Assembly (NCBI GenBank): GCA_035633215.1
Contig: DASQFI010000033.1
Location: forward strand, 25,521 to 89,520
Origin: Vicinamibacterales bacterium
GTDB lineage: Bacteria; Acidobacteriota; Vicinamibacteria; Vicinamibacterales; SCN-69-37
DNA: 64,000 bases
Reading direction: 5' to 3'
A model generated the notes under the pieces. The model saw nothing but the letters and a program-made list of their open reading frames with translations, did no database searches and was not told the origin of the DNA. A program made the position numbers and the translations under genes. The stretch's first letter is position 1. The number at the start of each line of letters is the position of its first letter. Of the stretch, positions 19,133 through 28,013 are shown one piece after another.

Positions 19133-19259
19133 TCGCGTCTCGGACCAGGCTGGGGCTGGGTGGAACCTCCGTGAGGGGTATGGGCGCGAGTTACACGAAC
19201 TTCACACGCGCCTGATACGGCGCGCAGATGCGGCGTCTGAGCCCGCGAGTGAGCGCGGT

Positions 19260-19709
19260 CTACGGCGTAATCAGCAGGAGTGTCGGGAAATACGTCCGGT
19301 ACCGCCTCGGATCCCGCGTCAACAGCGCGAGACCGCTCACTGCGGCGTGCGCCCCGATGAAGAAGTCAGGAAGTGGCGCCGCCCGCCGGCCGCCCCGTCT
19401 CCGGTAGCGCGCGAAACACTTGGCGGCAAGAAATGCGGCGTCCCACGGAAGCGGGGCGCGCACGAAATACGTATCCGGCAGCGCGAGTTCCACATCTTCG
19501 ATGCGGTCGTACCGCACGGAGACCTCGGCATACACGATCGGATTGATCATGATCGGGCCGCGCTCGGCAACGCTGCTTAGAATCGCGGCGGACCAGTCGA
19601 ACCACTCGGCGTCGTGACTGAGGAAATCAAACAGGACATTCGTGTCGATGAGTGTGCCGGCCGACGTCATGCTGATGGAGTCCCGATGTGGGTGCGGTGG
19701 ACGGATCAT
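19260..19709 (-). CDS. vapC: PIN-domain toxin VapC
   Basis: LIDTNVLFDFLSHD... with acidic PIN residues. ATGA overlap with the upstream antitoxin stop. Alternative start at 19670 (MTSAGTLIDTNVL). Confidence 0.75.
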   Translation of the reverse strand: MIRPPHPHRDSISMTSAGTLIDTNVLFDFLSHDAEWFDWSAAILSSVAERGPIMINPIVYAEVSVRYDRIEDVELALPDTYFVRAPLPWDAAFLAAKCFARYRRRGGRRAAPLPDFFIGAHAAVSGLALLTRDPRRYRTYFPTLLLITP

Positions 19710-19939
19710 TCGCCGCGGGTGAGCGCCATCAGCTCATCAGTAGTCATGCCCGGCTTCGGCCGGGGCGCTTGCCTCATCGCCTCCAACAGCCGGGCGCCAC
19801 GACTCTGACTGCCCCGCTTCCTTCGAATCCGCACGCTGTCCCCGTCCACCTCGAACTCGACTTCGGTCCACGGCTGCAGACCGAGTTGCTCGCGAATCGG
19901 AAGAGGGATCGTGACTTGCCCTTTGCTCGTCAAACGCAT
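19706..19939 (-). CDS. vapB: AbrB/MazE-fold antitoxin VapB
   Basis: MRLTSKGQVTIPLPIREQLGLQPWTEVEFEVDGDSVRIR is a SpoVT/AbrB swapped-hairpin motif. 77 aa, directly upstream of the PIN gene. Confidence 0.75.
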   Translation of the reverse strand: MRLTSKGQVTIPLPIREQLGLQPWTEVEFEVDGDSVRIRRKRGSQSRGARLLEAMRQAPRPKPGMTTDELMALTRGE

Positions 19940-20000
19940 GTATTACTCCTACCAGTAAGAGTAGCACACGATGGTTCGGAGTCTCGATCCGAACGGGCAT

Positions 20001-20972
20001 TCATCGCCGGGCCATGGCGAAGGCCTCGTACTGGTCCACGGCGACGAAGTCCACGCCTGCGCGGATCGCGGCGGCCCATCGCGTTCGCGCGGCGCCCAGC
20101 GTGCCGAAGTTGTAATCGGGCGTCCATCCCATCGATCTGTCCGCGGGATCGTGACCGTTCAGTGTGTAGAAGCGGATCCAGAGATCGTTGGCGTGTGACG
20201 CATCGACAAGGTGCCGAAGCCGCCCCTCGTCCTCCGTCGTCCACACGCCGGCCGCCGGCTGGCCCTCGGGCTCAACCGCCGACCACGGGTAGTTCATCCA
20301 GCGACGGTAATTGGTCCTGACGCCAGGCAGCCCGTCGTCCCGCGCATGCGCTGCGCCGAAGAGCCGCAGCATTCCCCCCACCGGCACCAGGTCGTGAAAC
20401 GATCGCTCCTGTGCATCGGCGGTGCCCGTCAGTACCAGCACGGGAGCCGGACGGAGCGCGGCGAGACTGTCCACAGTCTCGGTCCGCGGCGCCGTCACCA
20501 GCCAGCGTTCGTATCGCCCGAGCAGATCCCAGACGGCCTGGTGATGCTCGGGCTCATCGGTCTTGAAATCGAGATTCAGCGTGATGATCGGCCATATCTC
20601 ACGCCGGTTCTGCCGCAGCGCCTCCTCGACGACCGGACGGATACGCGCGAAGAAGTACTCGTCGAGCGAAGGTTCCTGCCCGGTGAACGGCTCTCCGTGA
20701 GACACGATCGAGCGTCCGGAGCCTGCCGCGTCTGGAATCCAGACCAGATCCTGCTCGATAGCAACCGGCAGTCCCGTGGCGAGGGCGCGGTCAATCCGAT
20801 CGGCCCAGCGGCCCTGCTCCGGGTAGGCGTTGTGTGCGTCGAGCAGGACGCGGGTGCCCGCTTTGAGTGCGCTCCCGACTGCAGGCGCGGGAGCCTGGCC
20901 GGCGCTCGCGGTGAGGCTCAGCGCACAGAGCATGACGACGCCAGATACGGCGCGCAGATCAATCGTCATCAT
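20001..20972 (-). CDS. Secreted hypothetical protein, possibly PLC-like phosphodiesterase (TIM-barrel) family
   Basis: Signal peptide MMTIDLRAVSGVVMLCALSLTASAGQA. RVLLDAHNAYPE near the N-terminus is reminiscent of bacterial Ca-dependent PI-PLC-like proteins. The assignment is weak. Confidence 0.4.
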   Translation of the reverse strand: MMTIDLRAVSGVVMLCALSLTASAGQAPAPAVGSALKAGTRVLLDAHNAYPEQGRWADRIDRALATGLPVAIEQDLVWIPDAAGSGRSIVSHGEPFTGQEPSLDEYFFARIRPVVEEALRQNRREIWPIITLNLDFKTDEPEHHQAVWDLLGRYERWLVTAPRTETVDSLAALRPAPVLVLTGTADAQERSFHDLVPVGGMLRLFGAAHARDDGLPGVRTNYRRWMNYPWSAVEPEGQPAAGVWTTEDEGRLRHLVDASHANDLWIRFYTLNGHDPADRSMGWTPDYNFGTLGAARTRWAAAIRAGVDFVAVDQYEAFAMARR

Positions 20973-21296
20973 CCATCAAGAGCACGTTGCGAAATGTAGG
21001 CCGGCCCTTCCGCCTTCGCGCGCAGCGCTTCGGCGAGACTCGCCGTAGCCTTGGCGGAGGTGGTCAGGGCCGGCGTCCAGGCGGGGCTGAAGCCCCGCCC
21101 TACACGTAGCCCGTCTTCCGAAGCCTATAACAAGCGTGTAAGCGTAAGATGAACCGTCGTGCAGCGGCCGGATGACTCCACCCCAATCCGCTTCGGTGGT
21201 CACCGAAGCGTTACGACGACCAATAACAATAACCGCCACGCGTTGCACCAGTCCCTCGGAACCACCTCAGTGACTTCTCCCCGGAGAGCCAGGACC

Positions 21297-24200
21297 ATGA
21301 AGCCATTTCTGTTCTTCACAGCGCTCCTCTATATGGTGAGCGTGCCCTCGTTGACGTTCGCCCAGGTCGATCGAGCCACCCTGTCGGGCGTCGTCACGGA
21401 CGCCGTCGGCGCCGTCGTGCCAGGCGCCCAGGTGACTTTGACGAACACCGCCACCAGCGTGTCGGCACGGCAGGAAAGTACGGACCGGGGCACCTATCTC
21501 TTCGTCAACCTGATTCCGGGCCCGTATCGACTGGATGTCGAGCGGCCGGGCTTTCAGAAGAGCTCGCAGCGAGTTGAGCTGGAAGTGGGTCAGCGCGCCC
21601 TGGTTGATATCACACTGAACGTCGGCATCACCGAGACCGTCACCGTCACCGAGCGGACGCCAGTGCTGAATACGTCCAACGCGCTGCTCGGGCGGGTGGT
21701 CCCTCAGACGGCGGTCGCCAACCTGCCTCTGGCGATTCGGAACTGGGACGATCTGCTCGCCATGGTGCCGGGGGTGCAGGGCAACCGGTTCACGGAGGAA
21801 GGCGGCGGCACCTCGTTCGGCCGCACGGGCGGCGTCAACGTGCATGGGCAGCGATCGCTGCAGAACAACTTCCTGCTCGATGGCGTGGACAACAACAGCA
21901 TCTCGACGAACGTGCAGGAACTGACGACGCAGGTCTCACGGCCGTCGGTGGACGCGATTCAGGAATTCAAAGTCGTCACGAGTGCGTATTCCGCCGAGTA
22001 CGGCCGCGTGCCCGGCGCCGCCATCAGCGTGTCGACGAAATCGGGCACGAACAACTTTCACGGCACGGCCTACGACTACTTCCGCAACGAGAAGTTCGAC
22101 GCCAACAACTTCTTCTCGATCCGCGCGGGCGCCGAGAAGCCCGCCAACGACCAGAATCAGACCGGCGCAAACCTGGGCGGGCGCCTCGTAGCGAACCGCG
22201 CGTTCTTCTTCGCCGACTACGAGCGCACACGGATCACGCGCGGCGTGACCCGTCTGACACGTGTCCCCACGGATGCCGAGCGCAATGGGCGCTTTTCGAC
22301 GACCATCCTCGATCCAGTCACGCGGCTGCCGTTTGAGAACAACACGATCCCGCCGGACCGCATCGATCCGACGGCAGCGGCGATCCTCGCGCTGGTGCCG
22401 CCGCCCAATCAGTCCGGCGCGAACAACTATTTCCGCCAGCCCGAGGTCAAGGACGACTCCGATCGGATTCTCACGCGAATCGATCTGACGCTGTCGCCGA
22501 ACAACAGGGTCTTCGGACGCCACATCTACTCGGACCGGTTCCGGTTCATCCCCGGTGCGTTCGGCGGCATCATCGACGGCACGGGAACCTCGGCGTTCGG
22601 CCGTCAGGACATGAACTCCCATGGTCTGGTGGCTGGCTGGACCCGGATCGTCAGCTCGAGGGTCGTCAACGAGTTCCGCGTGTCGTGGACCACCGCCAAT
22701 TCCGACGCGGTGCAGGATCCCTTCGGCCAGGCGCCCCCTGCCGCGGCAACCGTGCGAGGCGTTCCGGAAGACGCCACCGTTCTCGGCGGGCTCGCGGGCA
22801 TCCAGATCGACGACTACTTCGGCGGGTCCGGACTCGGCCGGATCGGCTCACCCGACTTCCTCCCGAAGTTCCAGCGGACGAAGCAGCTCGAGTTTGTGAA
22901 CACGCTGTCCTGGTCGAGGGACGCTCATGAGTTCAAGATCGGCGCGAACACCATTGTCCCGATGAGCAACGAATACCTCGACGTCCCGGCGACCCGCGGG
23001 CAGCTCCGCTTCCGGAACCGGTTCTCCGGCAACCCGATGGCCGACTTCCTGCTCGGGTATGTGTCGGATGCCCAGCTCTCGAACGTGCACGTCGTGGAGC
23101 AACGCCACTGGACGATGTCGTACTTCATCCAGGACGACTGGCGTGTCACGGGGAAGCTGTCGCTCACGCTCGGCCTCCGGTACGACTTCATCACGCCGGC
23201 GCTCGAAGGGCAGAACCGTCAGACGAACTTCGTACCCGAGGACGGTGGCCGGCTGGTGTTTGCGACCGACGGCTCGCTCGAATCACGCGGCCTGGTCAAA
23301 CCCGACTGGAACAACCTGGCCCCGCGTCTCGGCGCGGCATACAGCCTGAACGAGCGCACGGTCATCCGCGGCGGATTCGGCGTCTTCTACAACCTCTTCG
23401 ATCGCGTGGGCAGCGAAGACCAGCTCTCGCTGAACCTGCCGGGGCTCGTCAACAACAGCGTGGCGTCGTCTCTCTCGGCCGGCCCGGTGTTTCTGCTCCG
23501 AAACGGCTTCCCCGCCGGATTTCTGAACGTGCCGAACCTCGATCCAGCCGCCGGCCAATTGGCGCGCTTGAGGATTCGCGCGGTCGACGAGAACGCGCCA
23601 AAGTCCACGGTGTACCAGTTCAGCGTCGGCATGCAGCGCGAGCTCGCCCGGATGCTGGTCGTGACGGTCGACTTCGTGGCCAATGAGGGCCGAAACCTGG
23701 CGACGCTGGTCAACCTCAACCAGCCGCTCAATGGCAACGGACCAAGACCGTTTCCGCAATTCGGCTTCATCGAGTGGCGGGCGCAGAACGGGCGGTCGAG
23801 CTACAAGGGTGTGGAGATGGGGCTCGAGAAACGCTACGCGCAGGGCTTCAGCTTCGGCGTCGGCTACACGCTGTCAGAGTCACGGGATTGGGGTGCGGAA
23901 CATCTTGGCGCGCAAGGCTCGCCGAGCTTCCCGCAAGACGCGCGCAATCTGGAGGCCTGGGAAGGACCGAGCGACTTCGATACCCGCCACCGCTTCGGCG
24001 CCAATTTCGTGGTCGAGCTTCCGTTCGGCGCCGGCAAACGGTGGGCGACTGATGGCGTCTCCAGCGCGCTGCTCGGGGGGTGGACCATCGCGGGCATCTA
24101 CGCCGCCAGCTCCGGCCGTCCCTTCACCGTTCGACAGGGGAACAACGACGTCGGTCAGAACATGACCGGCATGCCCAACCTTGTCGGTGACCCCGAGGGG

Positions 24201-24509
24201 CCCAAGACGGTCGATCAGTGGTTCAACGTCTCGGCGTTCCAGACGGTGCCAACGGGTACGTTTGGCGACGCCGGACGCAACATCCTGCGCGCCGCGAACT
24301 GGCAGAGCTTCGACCTCACGATCTCACGCCGGCTCGGCCAGCCATCGGGGATTGCCGCCACGCTCCGCGTGGACATCTTCAACGTGTTCAACCGGACCAA
24401 CCTCGGTCCGCCGGAGCGCGACCTCGGCAGTCCGTCCACCGTGGGCAGGATCACGAGCCTCGCGGGCGATCCTCGGGTGATGCAGTTCTCGGTACGTCTG
24501 ACGTTCTGA
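21297..24509 (+). CDS. TonB-dependent-receptor-like outer membrane protein with N-terminal carboxypeptidase-regulatory-like domain
   Basis: Trimmed to Met 21297. Signal peptide MKPFLFFTALLYMVSVPSLTFAQ. TLSGVVTDAVGAVVPGAQVTLTNTATSVSARQESTDRGTYLFVNLIPGPYRLDVERPGFQ is a CarbopepD_reg domain, followed by plug/barrel regions with FGRTGGVNVHGQRSLQNNFLLDGVDNN and a C-terminal ...MQFSVRLTF. Confidence 0.88.
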   Translation: MKPFLFFTALLYMVSVPSLTFAQVDRATLSGVVTDAVGAVVPGAQVTLTNTATSVSARQESTDRGTYLFVNLIPGPYRLDVERPGFQKSSQRVELEVGQRALVDITLNVGITETVTVTERTPVLNTSNALLGRVVPQTAVANLPLAIRNWDDLLAMVPGVQGNRFTEEGGGTSFGRTGGVNVHGQRSLQNNFLLDGVDNNSISTNVQELTTQVSRPSVDAIQEFKVVTSAYSAEYGRVPGAAISVSTKSGTNNFHGTAYDYFRNEKFDANNFFSIRAGAEKPANDQNQTGANLGGRLVANRAFFFADYERTRITRGVTRLTRVPTDAERNGRFSTTILDPVTRLPFENNTIPPDRIDPTAAAILALVPPPNQSGANNYFRQPEVKDDSDRILTRIDLTLSPNNRVFGRHIYSDRFRFIPGAFGGIIDGTGTSAFGRQDMNSHGLVAGWTRIVSSRVVNEFRVSWTTANSDAVQDPFGQAPPAAATVRGVPEDATVLGGLAGIQIDDYFGGSGLGRIGSPDFLPKFQRTKQLEFVNTLSWSRDAHEFKIGANTIVPMSNEYLDVPATRGQLRFRNRFSGNPMADFLLGYVSDAQLSNVHVVEQRHWTMSYFIQDDWRVTGKLSLTLGLRYDFITPALEGQNRQTNFVPEDGGRLVFATDGSLESRGLVKPDWNNLAPRLGAAYSLNERTVIRGGFGVFYNLFDRVGSEDQLSLNLPGLVNNSVASSLSAGPVFLLRNGFPAGFLNVPNLDPAAGQLARLRIRAVDENAPKSTVYQFSVGMQRELARMLVVTVDFVANEGRNLATLVNLNQPLNGNGPRPFPQFGFIEWRAQNGRSSYKGVEMGLEKRYAQGFSFGVGYTLSESRDWGAEHLGAQGSPSFPQDARNLEAWEGPSDFDTRHRFGANFVVELPFGAGKRWATDGVSSALLGGWTIAGIYAASSGRPFTVRQGNNDVGQNMTGMPNLVGDPEGPKTVDQWFNVSAFQTVPTGTFGDAGRNILRAANWQSFDLTISRRLGQPSGIAATLRVDIFNVFNRTNLGPPERDLGSPSTVGRITSLAGDPRVMQFSVRLTF

Positions 24510-24613
24510 TTCTCTTCGACGCCACGGTCGCAGCAGATCGCGACCGTGGCTGCGCCTATCGTGCGCGATCCCGACGCTCCCGAGCCCGTATAATCGAGCG
24601 CTTCCGAGCACAA

Positions 24614-25389
24614 ATGGGCACCTGGGGTTACGGCTTGTTCGCCGACGACGTGGCCGCCGATGTGCGAATGATGTACGAGCAGGCGCTCAAAGATGGCGTG
24701 ACCGATCGCGAAGCTACTGCACGGGTTCTCGAGAAGTTCTCGTCGCACATCTCTGATCCGGATGAAGGTCCGCTCATCGAGATTGCGCTCGCGGTGACGC
24801 AGTGGACGTGGGCCGTCCCGATCCGGCGGCCATTGCCCGGGCGGTGAGTCTGATTGATTCGGGTGCGACGCTGCCGCGTTGGCGCGAGGCGGGCAAAACT
24901 GAGGCGGCCAAACATGCGGCGGCGCTCGCCAAGGTCCGCGCGGAGCTGCTCCAGGCGCCGCCCGCGCCGCGGGTCGCCCGGGCGATGCCGAAGAACCCGT
25001 TCGCGCTCGGCGACTTCGTCGAGGTGCGGCTGCCGTCGGGCAAGCTGGCCGCGATTCGCATCGTCAGCGCCCGTATCGGGAAATCGGCCGGGGACATCTC
25101 CCTCGTCGTCATGACGGCGTACGCCTTTCGCGGCGACCGCTGGCCGGGGCGCGAGGGACTGGAAGCCCTCGGTCTGCTCAAGAATTCCGAATTGACGTGG
25201 TACGACGACGCGGCCAGACCTCCGCTCGTCTGGATGGTCGCTGGCGGCCGCGCACCTCGAACGATTTACAACGTCCGAGATCACGGCGGCGACGTGATGA
25301 CGGGGGAGGCCGTCGAAAACGCCGGCGTCTCGCTGTGGCGGCATGTTCCGGCGAGGTTGGAAGCCGTTCTGCTGTCGCAGGGTCTCTGA
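24614..25389 (+). CDS. DUF4259-family protein with C-terminal extension, interrupted by an apparent 1-nt deletion near 24811
   Basis: MGTWGYGLFADDVAADVRMMYEQALKDG matches the DUF4259 N-terminus and runs to ...AVTQWTWAVPIRRPLPGR*. The continuation GRPDPAAIARAVSLIDSGATLPRWREAG... is in the frame of ORF 24802..25389. One extra g in the run at 24809-24812 (tgggcc to tggggcc) would fuse them. Confidence 0.55.
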
Positions 25390-25457
25390 CCACGCGCTTC
25401 AGGCCCCAAGCCTCACGTCCCAGGAACTTCGCCGGCCGGGTTCCGTCCTTTCTCAAG

Positions 25458-27866
25458 ATGTCCGTCCTCCTGCAGGATCTGAAGCACTCAATCCGCCAGC
25501 TGTGGCAACGGCCGATCTTCGCGGTGAGCGTCGTACTGACGCTGGCCGTCGGCATCGGCGTCAATACAGTCGCCTTCACGGTCGTCAACGGCGTGCTCTT
25601 CAACCGCGCCGCGATGGGGATTCCGGACGACATGGGACGCATCCTCACATTGCCTGGTGGGGACGAGGGCGGGAACGCATCGTTGCCGGAGTATCAGCGG
25701 TTTGCCGAAGCCACGCGCGGTGCGCTCGATCTCGCCGCTGAAGGCCGGCTCTCGGTTGCGTGGCGGCATGAGAGCGTCACGGAGACCGCGTATGTGCTGT
25801 TCGTCTCGCCGACGTACTTCTCGATTGTGGGCGTGCCGCCAATCGCCGGCCGAAGCGACGTCGCGCGTGGCGCCGGCGACCTTCCCACGTGTGTCATCGG
25901 TGAGCGCTTCTGGCGACGGAAGCTGAACGCCGCCCCGATCGCGGGGCTCACGCTTCTTCTGAACGGCATCTCGGTCAGCGTCGTCGGTGTGCTGCCGGAC
26001 TCGTACACGGGCCCGGCCGGCCTGTATTCCCCGGACGTGTGGCTGCCGCTCGACGACGTCGCACGCTTCAAGACATCGCCCGCGCTTCAAAATCGCGACG
26101 AACGCTGGCTGTTCCTGCTGGGCCGGATGAAGCCGGGTGTGGGCGTGCCCGAGATCCAGGGCCGCATCGACGCGGTTGTCGCGGGCATGACGCAGGACTG
26201 GCCCGACACACATGCCAGACGCAGCGCGCGGTTCAGACTTCGGAACGAAGGTAACAGCGAGCTGCGTGGGCTGACCACCGCGGCCGCCGTGGCGATGGGC
26301 ATCATCGGACTCGTGTTGCTGCTCGCGTGTTTCAACGTCGCCAACCTGCTGCTGGCGCGCGCGGTCGAGCGCGAGCGGGACATCGGGATTCGCGCGGCGA
26401 TGGGCGCGCGGCCGATGCGGCTCGTTCGCCTCGTTCTGACGGAAGGGTTCGTGATCGCCATGCTCGCCGGCGCGGTGGCGCTCGTGCTGGCGTCATGGAC
26501 GCAGTCGCTCGTCGGCTCGTTCGCGATTCCGATCGAACAGCCGCAGCACATCGAGCTCACGCCGGACTGGACGGTCGTCGCCTTCACGCTGGTTCTCGTC
26601 CTGATCGCGGGGACCTTGCCTGGGCTCTGGCCGGCGCTGGCCGCGGCGCGTGTTGACGTCCTGCGCGTGCTGCGCGCACAAGGCGGCAACTCCGTCGGCG
26701 GCCGCCCGTCACGGCTGGGCCGATGGCTCGTCGGCGCGCAGATTGCCGGCTCAACCGCGTTTCTCGTGGTTGCCGCGCTCTTTGCGCAGTCATACGCGCG
26801 CCTCTCGGTCGTCGACCTGGGCTTCGATCGCGACCGGCTTGTCGTCGCCGACTTCGCGCCCGCGTCTCACGGGTACGATGCGGCTCGGACCGAGCGGTAC
26901 GTCGAGGCGCTTCTCGCGCGCGTGCGCGCATTGCCGGGCGTCACCGACGTGGCGATCGCGGACCGCGCACCCTTTTTCATCGGTTTCGATCGCCCGACCG
27001 CAATCTCGTCAACCGGCGCTCCATGCGTGCCGGACGCGTGTGCGACCGCCCCGACGATGGCGGTCGGGCCCGGGTATTTCAGGACGATGGGCATCGGGCT
27101 GGCGGCGGGCCGTGAGTTCCAGACCGGCGCAGCGGCCGAGGTGATCATCAATCAGCCGCTAGCACGTCAGTACTTTCCCGCCGGCGGTGGTGTCGGCGAG
27201 ACGCTCCGCATCGGCGACCGCGGCGTCCCGGTCAGTGTCATCGGCATCACGGCCCGGACGCATACTCGGGGCCTCGACCGCGAGCGGCCCACGCTCTACG
27301 TTCCGCTTGGCCGGGCGAATCTCGGCGGCGCTCTGAGCCTCGTCGCGCGAACGGCCGCGTCACCAGAAGGACTCGTCAGGCCGTTTCTCGACGCGGCACA
27401 AGCGCTCGATCAAAACGTCTCGATGCTGTCCGTGAAGCCGATGGAGCAGCGCCTCGCGGTGCAGCTCTGGCCGTTCCGCACGGTCAGCTGGCTCTTTTCA
27501 ATCTGCGGCGGTCTCGCGCTCGTCCTCGCGACCACGGGGCTCACGGGCGTCGTCATTCACGCGGTGAATCGCCGCATCAGGGAGTTCGGCGTACGCGTGT
27601 CGATCGGCGCCACGCCGCGAGATCTCGTGCTGGACGTGCTCGGCGGCAGCGCCCGTCTGCTGCTACCGGGACTCGTCGTCGGCATTTTGCTCGCTGCCGC
27701 CGGTGCGCGTCTGGTTCAAGCCGCGTTTGTCGGTGTCAACGTGCTGAATCCGGTCACGTACGTCGCGGTGGCGCTGCTCGAGTGCGCGATCGTCGTGATC
27801 GCGTGCATCGCCCCCGCGCTCCGGGCGGCTCGTGTCGATCCGCTGGTCGCGCTGCGATCGTCGTAA
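25458..27866 (+). CDS. FtsX/MacB-like ADOP-type ABC transporter permease (second copy)
   Basis: Trimmed to Met 25458. MSVLLQDLKHSIRQLWQRPIFAVSVVLTLAVGIGVNTVAFTVVNGVLFNRAAMGIPDDMGRIL parallels the first ADOP N-terminus. Two FtsX modules. C-terminus ...RAARVDPLVALRSS. Confidence 0.88.
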   Translation: MSVLLQDLKHSIRQLWQRPIFAVSVVLTLAVGIGVNTVAFTVVNGVLFNRAAMGIPDDMGRILTLPGGDEGGNASLPEYQRFAEATRGALDLAAEGRLSVAWRHESVTETAYVLFVSPTYFSIVGVPPIAGRSDVARGAGDLPTCVIGERFWRRKLNAAPIAGLTLLLNGISVSVVGVLPDSYTGPAGLYSPDVWLPLDDVARFKTSPALQNRDERWLFLLGRMKPGVGVPEIQGRIDAVVAGMTQDWPDTHARRSARFRLRNEGNSELRGLTTAAAVAMGIIGLVLLLACFNVANLLLARAVERERDIGIRAAMGARPMRLVRLVLTEGFVIAMLAGAVALVLASWTQSLVGSFAIPIEQPQHIELTPDWTVVAFTLVLVLIAGTLPGLWPALAAARVDVLRVLRAQGGNSVGGRPSRLGRWLVGAQIAGSTAFLVVAALFAQSYARLSVVDLGFDRDRLVVADFAPASHGYDAARTERYVEALLARVRALPGVTDVAIADRAPFFIGFDRPTAISSTGAPCVPDACATAPTMAVGPGYFRTMGIGLAAGREFQTGAAAEVIINQPLARQYFPAGGGVGETLRIGDRGVPVSVIGITARTHTRGLDRERPTLYVPLGRANLGGALSLVARTAASPEGLVRPFLDAAQALDQNVSMLSVKPMEQRLAVQLWPFRTVSWLFSICGGLALVLATTGLTGVVIHAVNRRIREFGVRVSIGATPRDLVLDVLGGSARLLLPGLVVGILLAAAGARLVQAAFVGVNVLNPVTYVAVALLECAIVVIACIAPALRAARVDPLVALRSS

Positions 27867-28013
27867 GGCGGCCCTCACCGAATTTACAACCGACACATAC
27901 GCTCGATCTCGCTGGTCGATTGCGGACAGCCAAACACCCGTTGACTCCGAAAACCGTTGGACGCATGCTGTCGGCCTGCACTGCTCTTCAGAGCCGCTCC
28001 GACTGAGGTCAAT

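Noticed and set aside
20973-21296. 324-bp region upstream of the first TonB-dependent-like gene as a possible riboswitch (cobalamin/TPP-type) leader
   Set aside because: No B12-box, TPP or other riboswitch core motifs are recognisable. There is only a local GGCGGGGC-TGAA-GCCCCGCC hairpin. The evidence is insufficient.
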